A stretch of DNA of 64,000 nucleotides, from assembly GCA_951406725.2 (NCBI GenBank), contig OX597814.1:47492001-47556000 (forward strand). Reading direction: 5' to 3'. The notes beneath the pieces are model-generated. The model saw only the letters and a program-made list of their open reading frames with translations. It searched no databases and was not told the DNA's origin. Both the position numbers and the translations under genes were made by a program. Positions within the stretch are counted from its first letter, which is position 1. Each line of letters opens with the position of its first letter. This document shows positions 15,603 to 29,299 of the stretch, one piece after another. The DNA is from Octopus vulgaris (Eukaryota).

Positions 15603-17099
15603 CCGATGATGGCTTAGCCGAAATATTATTAACATGCGCGCCCGCATCTCTTATTTCTTACCTGTTTTAGTCATTAGACTGCGGCCATGCTAGGGCACAG
15701 GCTTAGAGAATTATCTTTTTGTCGAACGAATCGATTCAAATATTTATAATTTTCCGTTACTTATTCTATCGATCTTTTTTGCCGAACCGCTATTTGATAT
15801 ATATATATATATATATATACACAGATGTGTGTATTTTCCCCTTGTTTACAATTAACACGGAAAAAACTTCTTGTTTTAACATTATTGGTTTTGAAAATTT
15901 AGTGGGCTTTATGCGTAGTTGGGAAATAGGATTTTAATAAGTGGGTTTTAATAAGTGGAAATTTCACCGGTGAGTGTGTTAAATTATAAGGCACAAAAAG
16001 AAAATTACTCTCCCCAGAAATAACAGGATTTTAATAGTTTCCAAATTAGAAAGTGGTTTACTATCAGTCGGAAATCTCTAAGACTATAGACATAAAAGAA
16101 CGTATGTACACCCCACCTCACATATATGATATGATTTGATGTATGAAAAAGTTATGTATACAGTTATATGCATTGACTTATATATGTTACTGGTGCTTTA
16201 GTCCTCATCGACGACATCTATGTACATAGATAGGTTGTTTGAATTATGTGGTGCTGTGCACAGTTTCAGGGCTCCAGATGTGCTTTGCCACCGTCTAACT
16301 GACAGTTGCATTTTACTTACTGAGGGAGAAAGAAAGAAAGCGCTCTTAAGAGATAATGAATTCAGCAGCAAATTGCCAACTTACACCCTACATCTTAATT
16401 ACTTTATAAAATTTAATCATAGATATACAGAAGTACAAGATTAACAAGGTTTAGAACGCTTTTATACGCGCAAGTACATCAGCTGTTGCGATCGATACTA
16501 CGCGTACGCGAGAAAATGCATGTGCAATTTGCGCAAAAAAAGCCGGCTGGCTTGAAATAATGCCACAAAATGCAGTATATTTAAGAGACCAAAAATGTAA
16601 GATGCAAAAGAAATATTTTGTTCAAACTTGGCATGAAGGAAGGAAAGACTATTTGGTTTCTCAAGAAGTTTATTTTTTTTTTGCCTTAACTTCGTTTAAC
16701 AAAAATTTTATTGAAATAAAGGCATGCATAATTATTTTTTAATGAAAAGAAAACTGGTTGCTTTTTATTCAGCAGATATGATTCAGCACCGTCCATTGGA
16801 CGGGAGCGGGGGCGTTTTGCTCGTATTGTATACAAACACACATGCGCATGCGCATATATATATATATATATCACTGAAGCCATTCAAACTGTACTTTTGT
16901 CTCGCTACTCAAGTTTCACGGCACTGCAGTCTCAATCATTTGGCGAGAACTTCTGTTTCAATAAACTATATACTCTCTACATAATGTACCGAGCACTCCT
17001 CTCTTATTCGTTCGACACAATTCGCCGTTCATGTCCGTGAGTATGTATACACATACATACATACATACATACATACATACATACATACATACATACATA

Positions 17100-17168
<69 letters not shown>

Positions 17169-17193
17169 TTATTATTTATTATTTTTTATATAT

Positions 17194-17234
<41 letters not shown>

Positions 17235-17269
17235 CAAGAGAAAGTCGGACTGCTACAATCAGTAATGTA

Positions 17270-17314
<45 letters not shown>

Positions 17315-17379
17315 GTGTGTGTGTGTGTTGTTCCTAAATGCAATTTACATGGAAGATGAATTATATCTGAACGTTTTAC

Positions 17380-18000
17380 GTCTGGCTTATTTGCAATGTA
17401 TAATCTTTTGTGACATCTTACTGGAAAGATGATTCCTGTATGTACTGACTCTATTCGCGAAAACATTCCGTTGGTATGTTTAGAGTACATTTGCAATTCT
17501 TTATGATACATTATATCGATGTTTTGACTTGAAAATAGGTTTTTCTCAAGAACAGAATAAAAGCAAATATCGGTGAATGCTTTATCTCAACCCGATCCGT
17601 CTCGTTCTGAAAAGATCATGTTCTTTAGCAAATTGTCATAAGAAGAACTTTCTCCAATGTTCGAAAATATTTAACGAACAAAGAAATACTGCGAGATTAA
17701 TTGGTCTGTAGACTTAATGGCTGCACAATTTCAGATTAAGAATCAACCAATGAGTGTGAGGAATTCACTGATCGGTTACCTTTTAAAGCATTGTCGATTT
17801 TAAAGCTAACCTTCAAATACTTAAAAATCCTAAAATATGTTGGAATTTTTTCTCCTGAGTATGAGTGAACTTTCACTCTGATACACCTAATTTTCTTAAG
17901 TTTGTGTATTTATATTGGTCGTATCCATCGACATATGGTTTAATGTAAACCGTACATAAAAGGAAAGACCCATAAAAGGGTTAACTTAACAAGCTCTCTA
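17380..18000 (+). mobile_element. Possible highly decayed hAT transposase C-terminus
   Basis: Broken translation around 17880-17990 (PNFLKFVY....ST....F......KT..R.T) resembles the hAT dimerisation domain. Confidence 0.3.
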
Positions 18001-19619
18001 TTACCGCAGCTAAGATAAATTAATTATTAGAAAATACCACTACGGTTGATCAGCGGTGAGATATTTCTTTTTTCATGTGATATACATTTGAAATTTATTT
18101 CACTGGCTTAATGTTAGCAGCAGCTAACTATTTTTCCTGTTTTATTTATTTATGTATTTACTGTATTATTTACTTTTTGTCTGTGTTTTTTTGTTGGAAA
18201 AAGAGCTTTACTTTTATTCTTAAACAGATGTTTCTAGACGTTCCTAACTTTTCCCTCAGCTTTCCCATTAAAAAAAAAAAAAACATGGTCTAAATAACCT
18301 GATAACCTTTTCAGTATCTTCAAGAAAGGCCGTTTTCTCTTTTCGTCAACACATCTCATAACCTTTCCCCTTTTCCCAAATAAATAAACAAACAAACAAA
18401 CAAATAACTAACTAACTAAATAAATAAATAAAAGAAATCAGAATAAAGAAAGAGAAAAAGTTTTCCTTAAAAAAAAAGAAGAAATATCGTAGCTTGCTTA
18501 CAAAAAAAAAATCAAAATAAGAAAATCAAATTCACACTTTTTAATATAAACAAGAAAGATTGAACCAAATAAATAAATAAATAAACTAATTGGAAAACTA
18601 GAAAGAAGAAAGAGAGAAAGAAAGAAAGGATGAAAGAAAGGAAGAAGGAAATAAATAAAGAAAGGCTACGAGGATAGTAGAAAGAGGGGTATAGGGATGG
18701 GGTCAGTTTTCTTTCATTCTAAAGATTAACTTTCTTATGTCCGCGAACTAATATTTTCATTCCGACCAGGATTTGACATTGCTTTTATTATTTCATTCAG
18801 TACAACCACAGGGAAGCAATGGACGGTGGGCTGCTTTTAAAGAAATCATTTGATTTGAGTGGCGGTTTACAAATAGATGTGTGAAGGGGTTGTCACAAAG
18901 AATAAAAGGTCTCGGAAAAGGCACACACAAGGTGTAAAATGGATTAGGAAAGACAAATATATACAAATAGAATGAGATGGAGACGAGGAAGAAGAATAGT
19001 ATTGAGATATAGAGAGAAAGCCAAAGAAGAAAAGGAAAAAAATGGGAAGGAAATATGATAGAATTATCCTTTGATTTACTTTTACTGTATATAATTAAAT
19101 GGAGTAAGAGGAGAAGGAAAACCTAGAAGTGATGATGTATTAAGTAAAAACAACAAACATCAATAATAACCTCAACAATAGCGACTATGTTGACAATAAG
19201 TGAGCAGCAGAAACACAATACATTTATTGGTAGCTTTAGACGGAGGCCTTACAGTATTTAGTTATGTCCCTTTATGTTCTGCTATGAATTTTTACTGGAG
19301 TCGAATTTTTCTTTCATTTATCCTGGATTATTGACTATCGCTTACAGCCCTTTATTTTATCCACTCAGTTATAACTCAGTCTCTTTATTAAATGGGTTTT
19401 TCGCTAAATGAAAGTAAATAAATAAATAAATAAATAAATACTTTTTGCGCTTTTGGAAGTACTAGTTTTGGAAGGCGATCGGAACAGTATTGTGCTCAAA
19501 ATAATCTATGTAGCAACTCCTTGCATTTGCGCTGGTAGGTTTTATTACATATGTTTTTATTTGAATATACATAAATATATACAACAGCAACAATAATAAT
19601 AATCCCTTCAATAGTAGAC

Positions 19620-19811
19620 AGAAGGTCTGAAAATTTGAACTCAGAACGTAAAGACAGATGAAATACCAATTTCTTTATTACCCACAAGGGGCTAAACATA
19701 GAGGAAACAAACAAGGACAGACAAACGGATTAAGTCGAATACATCGACTCCAGTGCTTAACTGGTACTTAATTTATCGACCCCGAAAGGATGAAAGGCAA
19801 AGCCGACCTCG
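19620..19811 (-). mobile_element. Family-A SINE fragment
   Basis: ATCGACCCCGAAAGGATGAAAGGCAAAG core and GGACAGACAAACGGATTAAGTCG tail. Confidence 0.85.
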
Positions 19812-20058
19812 ATATAAAAACGAGTGAAAAACCTGCGTATGAAAGCGTATGAAGAAAATATGAATGTCCTGACTTGAATTCCTTCTGGCTCTTTATGATA
19901 TACATTATTCTGGATTCCTTTTACCTTTATTAGTTTAACTATCTTGTTTTAAATTTTTTTAGTTGCCTTGCTATATATATATTCATATTTTCTTCATGTA
20001 TTTTCTTCATACGCTTTCATATGCATCGTTCTTTACAGGTTTTTCACACGTTTTTATA
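19812..20058. repeat. Short foldback (inverted-repeat) element
   Basis: ATATAAAAACGAGTGAAAAACCTG..ATGAAAGCGTATGAAGAAAATA versus TATTTTCTTCATACGCTTTCAT..CAGGTTTTTCACACGTTTTTATAT. Confidence 0.7.
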
Positions 20059-20463
20059 TGTGTATATATGTATATTCTTATACCTTCGGGTTTTATGTAC
20101 TGAACGCCCAGGTATTTTAATATGTATGTATTTATGTTCAACGGTGTGAATATATGGAAATGAGATAAAGTTGTTTGTCCAATTTTGATGTTTATTTTTT
20201 AACCACTGAGTATATATATATATATATATATATAATAGAAATATTAAAATAACTAAGTCTCTCTAAAAGAGAACAGCGGCAGCGTTCCCGGAAAATAATA
20301 GTTATCGCCATACTAATATGGCATTCTTATAAAAATAAGAAAAAAGCTGTCCGCTTATTAGCTCCATGAGGCCATCGCCTTAAGTTAGCTATTTGATACA
20401 CAAACTGTATCCATATAACCTTCGAACAAGGGAGGTCAGTCGCTCCACACTACTTGACCGGCA

Positions 20464-20505
20464 GCTACAGACGCGTTTCAGGGTATTGCCCCTTTTCAAT
20501 GCAGC
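20464..20505 (-). ncRNA. Type I HHR, U3-A8 core variant (unit 1)
   Basis: Reverse complement of the 21301-21342 motif. Confidence 0.8.
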
Positions 20506-20825
20506 GTAGCCAGCCAGTAGGTGTCGCTTCCGACAATCTCTGTTCGATGGTTTTATTTACCTAGTTTCGGTGGAATACATCCACTTGTTTTCAATAATAG
20601 AAATATTAAAATAACTAAGTCTCTCTAAAAGAGAACAGCGGCAGCGTTCCCGGAAAATAATAGTTATCGCCATACTAATATGGCATTCTTATAAAAATAA
20701 GAAAAAAGCTGTCCGCTTATTAGCTCCATGAGGCCATCGCCTTAAGTTAGCTATTTGATACACAAACTGTATCCATATAACCTTCGAACAAGGGAGGTCA
20801 GTCGCTCCACACTACTTGACCGGCA

Positions 20826-20867
20826 GCTACAGACGCGTTTCAGGGTATTGCCCCTTTTCAATGCAGC
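20826..20867 (-). ncRNA. Type I HHR, U3-A8 core variant (unit 2)
   Basis: Same motif 362 bp downstream of unit 1. Confidence 0.8.
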
Positions 20868-21300
20868 GTAGCCAGCCAGTAGGTGTCGCTTCCGACAATC
20901 TCTGTTCGATGGTTTTATTTACCTAGTTTCGGTGGAATACATCCACTTGTTTTCAATAATAGAAATATTAAAATAACTAAGTCTCTCTAAAAGAGAACAG
21001 CGGCAGCGTTCCCGGAAAATAATAGTTATCGCCATACTAATATGGCATTCTTATGCTAATAAGCGGACAGCTAATAAGCGGAGCTAATAAGCGGACAGCT
21101 TTTTTCTTATTTTTATAAGAATGCCATATTAGTATGGCGATAACTATTATTTTCCGGGAACGCTGCCGCTGTTCTCTTTAGAGAGACTTAGTTATTTTAA
21201 TATTTCTATTATTGAAAACAAGTGGATGTATTCCACCGAAACTAGGTAAATAAAACCATCGAACAGAGATTGTCGGAAGCGACACCTACTGGCTGGCTAC

Positions 21301-21342
21301 GCTGCATTGAAAAGGGGCAATACCCTGAAACGCGTCTGTAGC
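21301..21342 (+). ncRNA. Type I HHR, U3-A8 core variant (inverted arm)
   Basis: GCTGCA-TTGAAAA-GGGG CAATA CCCT-GAAA-CGCG-TC-TGTAGC: 6-bp stem I (extendable with GGCTGGC/GCCGGTC and CTACT/AGTAG), 4-bp stem II, palindromic stem III, GUC site. Confidence 0.82.
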
Positions 21343-21662
21343 TGCCGGTCAAGTAGTGTGGAGCGACTGACCTCCCTTGTTCGAAGGTTATATGGATACA
21401 GTTTGTGTATCAAATAGCTAACTTAAGGCGATGGCCTCATGGAGCTAATAAGCGGACAGCTTTTTTCTTATTTTTATAAGAATGCCATATTAGTATGGCG
21501 ATAACTATTATTTTCCGGGAACGCTGCCGCTGTTCTCTTTTAGAGAGACTTAGTTATTTTAATATTTCTATTATTGAAAACAAGTGGATGTATTCCACCG
21601 AAACTAGGTAAATAAAACCATCGAACAGAGATTGTCGGAAGCGACACCTACTGGCTGGCTAC

Positions 21663-21704
21663 GCTGCATTGAAAAGGGGCAATACCCTGAAACGCGTCTG
21701 TAGC
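21663..21704 (+). ncRNA. Type I HHR, U3-A8 core variant (inverted arm, second unit)
   Basis: Identical motif 362 bp after 21301. Confidence 0.82.
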
Positions 21705-21865
21705 TGCCGGTCAAGTAGTATGGAGCGACTGACCTCCCTTGTTCGAAGGTTATATGGATACAGTTTGTGTATCAAATAGCTAACTTAAGGCGATGGCCTC
21801 ATGGAGCTAATAAGCGGACAGCTTTTTTCTTATTTTTATAAGAATGCCATATTAGTATGGCGATA

Positions 21866-22155
<290 letters not shown>

Positions 22156-22359
22156 ACGTGTGAGTGTGTGTGTGTTTTTGTGTATGTGTGTGTGTGTGTG
22201 TGAAAGACCTCAATTTTACTATACTGCATGTGATATAATAAACAGAGTAGTCTATAATATCATATATTATCGCATGTCCGTGGTGCCTTTCACCAGGATG
22301 CATCTGACCAACGCCTTCCCTTAGGTTTATTTAGAGGACAATCCTCTCTCTATATATAT

Positions 22360-22900
22360 AACCCAAGATTGGAATACCGTTACTGATGATGTACAGGCAC
22401 GCGCTGATGTTCAATATTTATAAAGGTTCCTTGTGATCGCCAAATGTGGAGCACGCTCTTCATTAGCTGCAGTCTTGGATCAAGCGTAGATTGGCTCGTG
22501 ATATTTGGAATATTGCAACGCGTTCACAATCCCCTACTGGTCGGAATATGCTATCGATGGAACATCTATACTAGCATTCTGTGCAAAGTTACTGCTGAGC
22601 ATGAGACGCGTCGACAATTACCAGCCAACAAGTGTGTTACTGAGAACTTTGCTACTAGGAGGCTTGGAAGTGTAATCGAGAAGCCTGACAGTGATATGGG
22701 GAGGCATTTCCGGTTCGAGATAAGTTCTGTAGATGTGGAATTACTGTCAATCGGGCTTGTTCCAGAAATGCAGAGAGTGATGAACTCATTCTTCATTCAT
22801 TTGTTCACGTCTGTTAATGTACATGAAATGAGCCCGGCTGGACCCTATTTCTCTGATGAAGTAGTTATCATTTTCAAGTTCTACTTGTATTAGAGATGGT
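22360..22900 (-). mobile_element. Possible decayed Ty3/Gypsy integrase fragment
   Basis: Minus-strand WLVIVDA and IEHQRVPVHHQ resemble the integrase motifs WL..VDAYSK and H...PYHP.SNG. Confidence 0.35.
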
Positions 22901-23992
22901 TGGGTGATGAAAAATGAGTGCAAGTGTATATGTGAAACTAGATCTAGAATTCTGCTTGGAGATTGCAGACAAGGGAGGGGACACGATGAATCAAAAGTTT
23001 TTCTTTGGTCCTTTTTCTCAACTTAAATTTTTGGAATATCTAAACATCCACCCCTGGATATAATTCAAGTATTAAGATTTTAATACTTGTATTGTAACTA
23101 CAATATCATTACTGCTGCAGTAACTCGGTTAAACTACTAACTCGCACACACTCAAATTTATATATTATGTAATCTGCGCACATTGCACGGACAGATCAGG
23201 AATTGAACCCGGAACTTTGAGTTTAGATATGGAATCGATTGGCTTATGGTTTCCAATGACTGGATGAGACGCACTTGTCCATTTCTTGTTAGCGAAAGTC
23301 CGCTGCGGCCTGTTTCCACGAATGAAGATTGTAAGTTGACATCTTTGAAATTATAGGAAATCCTAATTCCCTTTCATAATTCTAAGACAATCTAGATCAT
23401 TCTGTATGCAATGTGATATTTTTTGCTCCAAATCTGAAATATAAAATCTCGTTCTTTTAGCGATAGACACGGGCATTCAATAAGTTCCAGAAACGTTTGA
23501 CCTTCGAGACCTTCGAATCTAGCTCTTACCGAACACAGTGAGATGCTTAATGTGTTCTTCGGTACTTCTAAATGATAACATTTCAACGTGAACATTTCAC
23601 TGACTTTCGAACAATTATCAACGGCTGTCTTAGCTAAAAATGAATTGCAAATACACACTCTCCTTGCCTTACAATCTGTTTGTGTTATAGTTCTATGTAA
23701 CAAATTCTTTTTCATTTTTTGTTGTCCTTTCTACCTCATACATGCTTTCTCAGAAAAGCGTTATCTTTTCAGTTAGATAATATGAATAAAAATAAATGCT
23801 ATATAATCCTCCTCCTCCTTTCGTTATATGCTGTTTAATACTCATTGCTCAGATGCTCCAAACCCCTCACATTAGACACGTTTCTGCTATACTGAACGAC
23901 TCTCGGTTACTTTTAGTCTTCCGACGTGTGTGATGTTAGAAGTATGTGGTTTCACTGTGTGCGTCGTTTATTGGTTAAACCGTTACTGTTCT

Positions 23993-24608
23993 TTTCTACT
24001 CTAGACACAAGGCCCGAAATTTTAGGGAAGGGGCCAGTCGATTAGACCGACCCCAGTACGCAACTGGTACTTGATTTATCGACCCCGAAAGGATGAAGGC
24101 AAAGTCGACCTTGGTGGAATTTGAACTCAGAACGTCAAGACAGACGAAATACCTATTTCTATTTCTTTATTACCCACAAGGGGCTAAACACAAAGGGGAC
24201 AAACAAGGACAGACATAGTTATTAAGTCGATTATATCGACTCCAGTGCGTAACTGGTACTTATTTAATCGACCCCGAAAGGATGAAAGGCAAAGTCGACC
24301 TCGGCGGAATTTGAACTCAGAACGTAGCGGCAGACGAAATACCACTAAGCATTTCGCCCGGCGTGCTAACGTTTCTTATTTGTTTATTGCCCACAAGGGG
24401 GTAAATATAGAAGGGACAAACAAGGACAGACAAAGGGATTAAGTCGATTACATTGACCCCAGTGCGTAACTGGTACTTATTTAATCGACCCCGAAAGGAT
24501 GAAAGGCAAAGTCGACCTCGGCGGAATTTGAATTGGGAATGTAGAGGCAGACGAAATACTGCTAAGCATTTCCCTGGCGTGCTAACGTTTCTGCCAGCTC
24601 GCCGCCTT
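23993..24608 (-). mobile_element. Three tandem family-A SINE units
   Basis: Core ATCGACCCCGAAAGGATGAA(A)GGCAAAGTCGACC near 24080, 24270 and 24485; head GGCGGCGAGCTGGCAG at 24606. Confidence 0.9.
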
Positions 24609-24918
24609 AGAATAGCCATTTATTTAATCTTTAAAATGCTTTGAAGTTGATTGTAGATCATGTAATTGTATATTCTACATTGAATACGATAGGAAGTCTA
24701 ATATAAAGCGCTATATAGAAAATGTAAAGTACAAACGATGTATGCTGTCTCGGTCCCACGATTACAAAAATAACGACTTTCTTGAAGACAAAATAATAAC
24801 GATAGAAGCTACAATGGCTTTCAACACTTTTCTGGCCATGGGAATTTCTTTTTCTGTTCAAACGTGATGTCGTCGCGTTTCATTGAAGTATTTCATAGTT
24901 TAGAAGAAGTAACTTATT

Positions 24919-24989
<71 letters not shown>

Positions 24990-24996
<7 letters not shown>

Positions 24997-25600
24997 ATCG
25001 AAGGAAAATTTTACCCCTCTAAGTGGCTGTATAGAGCTTGTCTTAACAGTGGCAATATTACGTTGAGCAAAAAAAAAAAAATTAAATTCCAACTTGAAGT
25101 GGATAATTATTACAGCATTTGCTATGACTGTCTGTGAAATAGATTTTATCTCTTGAATTTGATGGTTTTACATGGCTGTTACTAAATATTCTTCCTACAT
25201 GAAAACAAGTGTAGTGTTAAATAAGAAGAGGATAAAAATTGACGATTTTTTTTTTCGGCTAGAGGCTGTAATTTGAACAAGAGATAGAATGTAAATCTGA
25301 AGATTGAAAAAAAAGTTATACCACGAAAAAAACAAGCATTCAGAATTAAAAGAACCATTTTTATTGCTGGGAATTTTATGCCAGTATTTGTGCTGAATAC
25401 GAGCTCCTAATGCTAATGCCGAGCGTGTTTTGCTAATGAATGTTCAATGGCTAAATGAATGAAATAGTTTGGATACAGCTACAATAGAAGCTATTAACAA
25501 CGAACTAGGACCTAGACCAACAGGGCAAGAGATTTTATAGTCAAATTCTACGAAACAAAGGCCTGCTAAGAAAAGCTAGGTTATCTACGAAATATAATTA
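24990..25600 (+). mobile_element. Decayed hAT transposase C-terminus
   Basis: CQYL..IRAPNANAERV..LMNVQWLNE.NSL matches the hAT dimerisation motif (P.SNA..ERVFS.M...W...RN.L). Confidence 0.55.
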
Positions 25601-25922
25601 AAAGTAGATACTCAAATGCTTATGTTTAATTAATCTTTTTACGTATTTTGGTAAAATAAATTATTTAATACTAATATCAACGTGTTTAAATACGCGTACA
25701 TATATTAGAATTCATTTGAATCTAAATGCAAAGATACTTTGTATTTGTGTTTACCAAATCTGGCAAACTTATATATAAATAACTAAATATATAAACGTAA
25801 GGGGGATCAGCCATCAGAATGTGGCTAGGGACAGGGCGGGGTGGTGGGGGTGTTACTGATGCTTTTAGCCCCAGGCGATCATCAACGTCACCAGAAGGAC
25901 TGACACCATATCGGTGTCCTCG

Positions 25923-26052
25923 TTTGCCTGTAAAGGGAGGTTATCCTCCCCGAAGATACGGATGCTACATACGGACCGGTTTCGAGGTCATTGCCTCTTA
26001 TCAACGTATGGTAAGCACCGTTCCCCGAAGAAGGATTCCCTCTACAGGCAAA
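25923..26052. repeat. Small inverted-repeat (MITE-like) hairpin inside a GC-richer repeat
   Basis: TTTGCCTGTAAAGGGA / TCCCTCTACAGGCAAA (15/16 complementary). Confidence 0.6.
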
Positions 26053-26569
26053 AGTATATAAGACTTTTCACAGTAACTACAGTCACTGATGTAGGAAAAC
26101 ATAAAAAAGGAAAGTTAACTGAAATAAAGAGGAAATAAAGTATTACTGATTTAGTTTAATGAAGTTGGCAGTTATATATAGAAGTGAAATGGAATGTTCT
26201 GAGTTTTTATCAACAATAGAGTAAACTTTTCGGACAGCATCTGGTTCGTTAGACTTAGAGGATCAGACTTCGAATTTCAATAGATTTACAAAATAGTGTC
26301 TAAGATAAAATGAAACCGCGATTAAATAAGCACAAGTTTGAGTGGGCACCAGTGAAGATAAGCTTATATATATATATTTTTTTTTTTTATTACAGTAGAT
26401 GTTATCGTAAATTAATTTAGAGTTAAGAAAACTTCTACAAAATGAAACCACTCGAGAATTTCCTAAAAGGCAAAAAATATATTATTGACAAAAGAATACG
26501 ACTTTTCATAGGAAATCTCGAAGGTAACGTTATCGCTGTACACACAAATATATTAAGTGTGTATATATA

Positions 26570-27000
<431 letters not shown>

Positions 27001-27849
27001 TCATGTTACATTATATTATGTATGTGTATGTATGTTCACTTGTTTCAATTCTGTGAAACAGAAATTTAGCTTTCTCCGGTGTACAACTGTCGACTTACAC
27101 CTAACTGTAATCAAACTCAATCTTTGGCGCCTCACTATCTTTTCTTTAGAGGTGTTACATTTTTTTATGTAGAAAACGTATAACATTTATGATACTTAGC
27201 AATTTATTAGCCACAGGGGCTTAAAAGACGCACCTCAGCTTCGACAGTCCTCTTCCTGACAAATATATACATATATATATAATAAAAAGAAGTTTTCTCC
27301 TGATATTTGTAGCTTTCACCTTTGTTAGGTTATTACTCCTCATTAATATAAAAAGTTTCGTAACGGGAATACACGATCAAAGACAAAAAACTTCTAGATT
27401 AATGAATTTGTCAGAAAGAGACCCAAGGAAGGAAAGCTAACATAATTTAGAATGCCAGCAACAACGGGATTTTGGAGGAATCTCAAGTATATCTATTAAA
27501 AGTAAAACAGAAGCCGATGTAGGTAATATGGAAGAGAAAAAGGAGGGTAAATTTTGACAGTGAATCAAAAACTAGAGAATATCAATGAAAAAATCATTAG
27601 AATGGCATACTTCTAGATATAGTCAAGGAATTTAACTTCACATAATCAATAAATCTTATATTATTATTTATAGGGAAATTTTGTTTTTGATAAATCCGGG
27701 ACAGTCGTCTTTTCTTAAAAAGCTTTATGGTTTTTACTTGCCTCTGTTTCTCAATTTAATTTGACATGTTTTGTCTTTCTCTAAATTCTAACATTGCCTG
27801 AAAATTTGAGAAAGGGCATAATTTCTCAAACCGATAGTTGCTCCCTCCA

Positions 27850-28320
27850 AATATTAGCAGAAGTTCTTAACGCTTCCTTTTTTTTTTATTAATGAAAATT
27901 CAAAGTAGTTTGCATCAATATAGTTCTTTCTTTGTTATGGTGTTGGAAAATTTAAGAAGTTTAACCATCCTTTTTTCAATCCTAACTGTCTCCTACTACA
28001 TAAAACACTGACATAGTCAATCAACACGACATCAATACTTAAAAACTAAACTACTGTTAGATATAGCATCCGAAATTTACAATTTATAGGTATGCTTTGA
28101 AAAATACTGGAAATTTCAACAGTTGGATCAAGGATATCATTTGCGCAAACTTGTTGCGAATCTTTTAAATAATTTGCTTAATCTGACTTTACTTCGATTG
28201 TTAAAAAGACCGAATAATTGGTAAAGAATCATTCATTGATTAAAAAGTTCTTGAAAGACGCTTTCCAATATCACAATTTCAAAACAACATCCAATTTCGC
28301 TCCAAACTTTACTCAGATAT
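27850..28320 (-). mobile_element. Possible decayed PLE C-terminus (GIY-YIG endonuclease region)
   Basis: Broken minus-strand translation LP......RLSKLFKRF ... SSLVFKY.C...C..FYV.GETVR..KR. Confidence 0.35.
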
Positions 28321-28344
28321 TAACGTCACTCAGAGATGCAGTGT

Positions 28345-28600
28345 GAAGATGCATGGTTTAGTGACTCGAGTATTATATTCACGAGCATAAAATCATGGTT
28401 TCGATTCCCGGAACAAGTAGCACGTTGTCTTCTGGATTAAAATACTTTATTTCATGTTGCTCCAGTTCATTCAGCTGTAAATGAGTTCCACCAATAGCTG
28501 AGAAGTTAACCAGTGGGTGAGGGAGTATTGTAATCTCAGTCATTTGTACGTGACAGAAACCGGGTTCAGCTTCGACCTTACGAGTTCTAGGGCTCATAAT
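28345..28600 (+). mobile_element. Degenerate tRNA-derived SINE family C
   Basis: GATGCATGGTTTAGTG...GGTTTCGATTCCCGG head; related to 52756-52925. Confidence 0.6.
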
Positions 28601-28731
28601 AGACTTAAGACCTAAGCAGAGACAGATTGTATGTTTGTGCTCTAAATTCTTTTGTATGCTTTTCCCATAGAGGGGAATCGGTTGGTCATACATACATACA
28701 TGTATGCGTGCGTGAGTGTGTGTGTGTGTGT

Positions 28732-28806
<75 letters not shown>

Positions 28807-29077
28807 CAGTTTTTTCAATTCTGTGAAACTAACACAGATTTAGCTTTCCCTGATATACTACTGTCGACTTATACTCTAGCTAATCAAACTCAGTCTTTGC
28901 CACCTCACTATTTCTTTTATTCTTTTACTTGTTTTAGTCATTTAACTGCGGCCATGCTGGAGCACCACCTTAGGGGTGCTACATCTTTCTATTTAGAAAA
29001 AGTTCATACTTAGCAACTCATTAGTCACAGGGACTTCAAAGACACACCTCAATTTAGGCAGTCCCCTTCTTATTCAA

Positions 29078-29230
29078 ATTAACAGAAAACAAAAAGACGA
29101 AGACAAGCGAGGGAACAACAAGCCGGTATATTGGTTTGACTCACGAGACAAATAGAAAAGTCTTTGACGTTTCGAGCCCACGCTCTTCGACATAAATAGT
29201 TGAGAATAAAAAAATTGGATATAGAAAAAA
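29078..29230 (-). mobile_element. Second copy of the minimal-HHR repeat (motif 29162-29197)
   Basis: Minus strand ATTT-ATGTCGAA-GAGC GTGG GCTC-GAAA-CG-TC-AAAG; downstream TGTCTTCGTCTTTTT shared with the 22000 copy. Confidence 0.5.
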
Positions 29231-29299
29231 AAAAAAAAACAAAAAAAAACGGAGAGAGGAAAATATATGTTGGGATTAACGATTCAACATGATGGAAAA

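Noticed and set aside
16480-16850. CpG-richer patches as a promoter
   Set aside because: No associated exon or TSS evidence; short motifs are expected by chance
23310-23362. HHR-like GAATGAAGAT...ATCTTTGAAA
   Set aside because: Core lacks CUG and a proper stem III/UH site
23392-23715. 107-aa ORF as a gene or hAT fragment
   Set aside because: No convincing motif beyond TFLELIE; insufficient support
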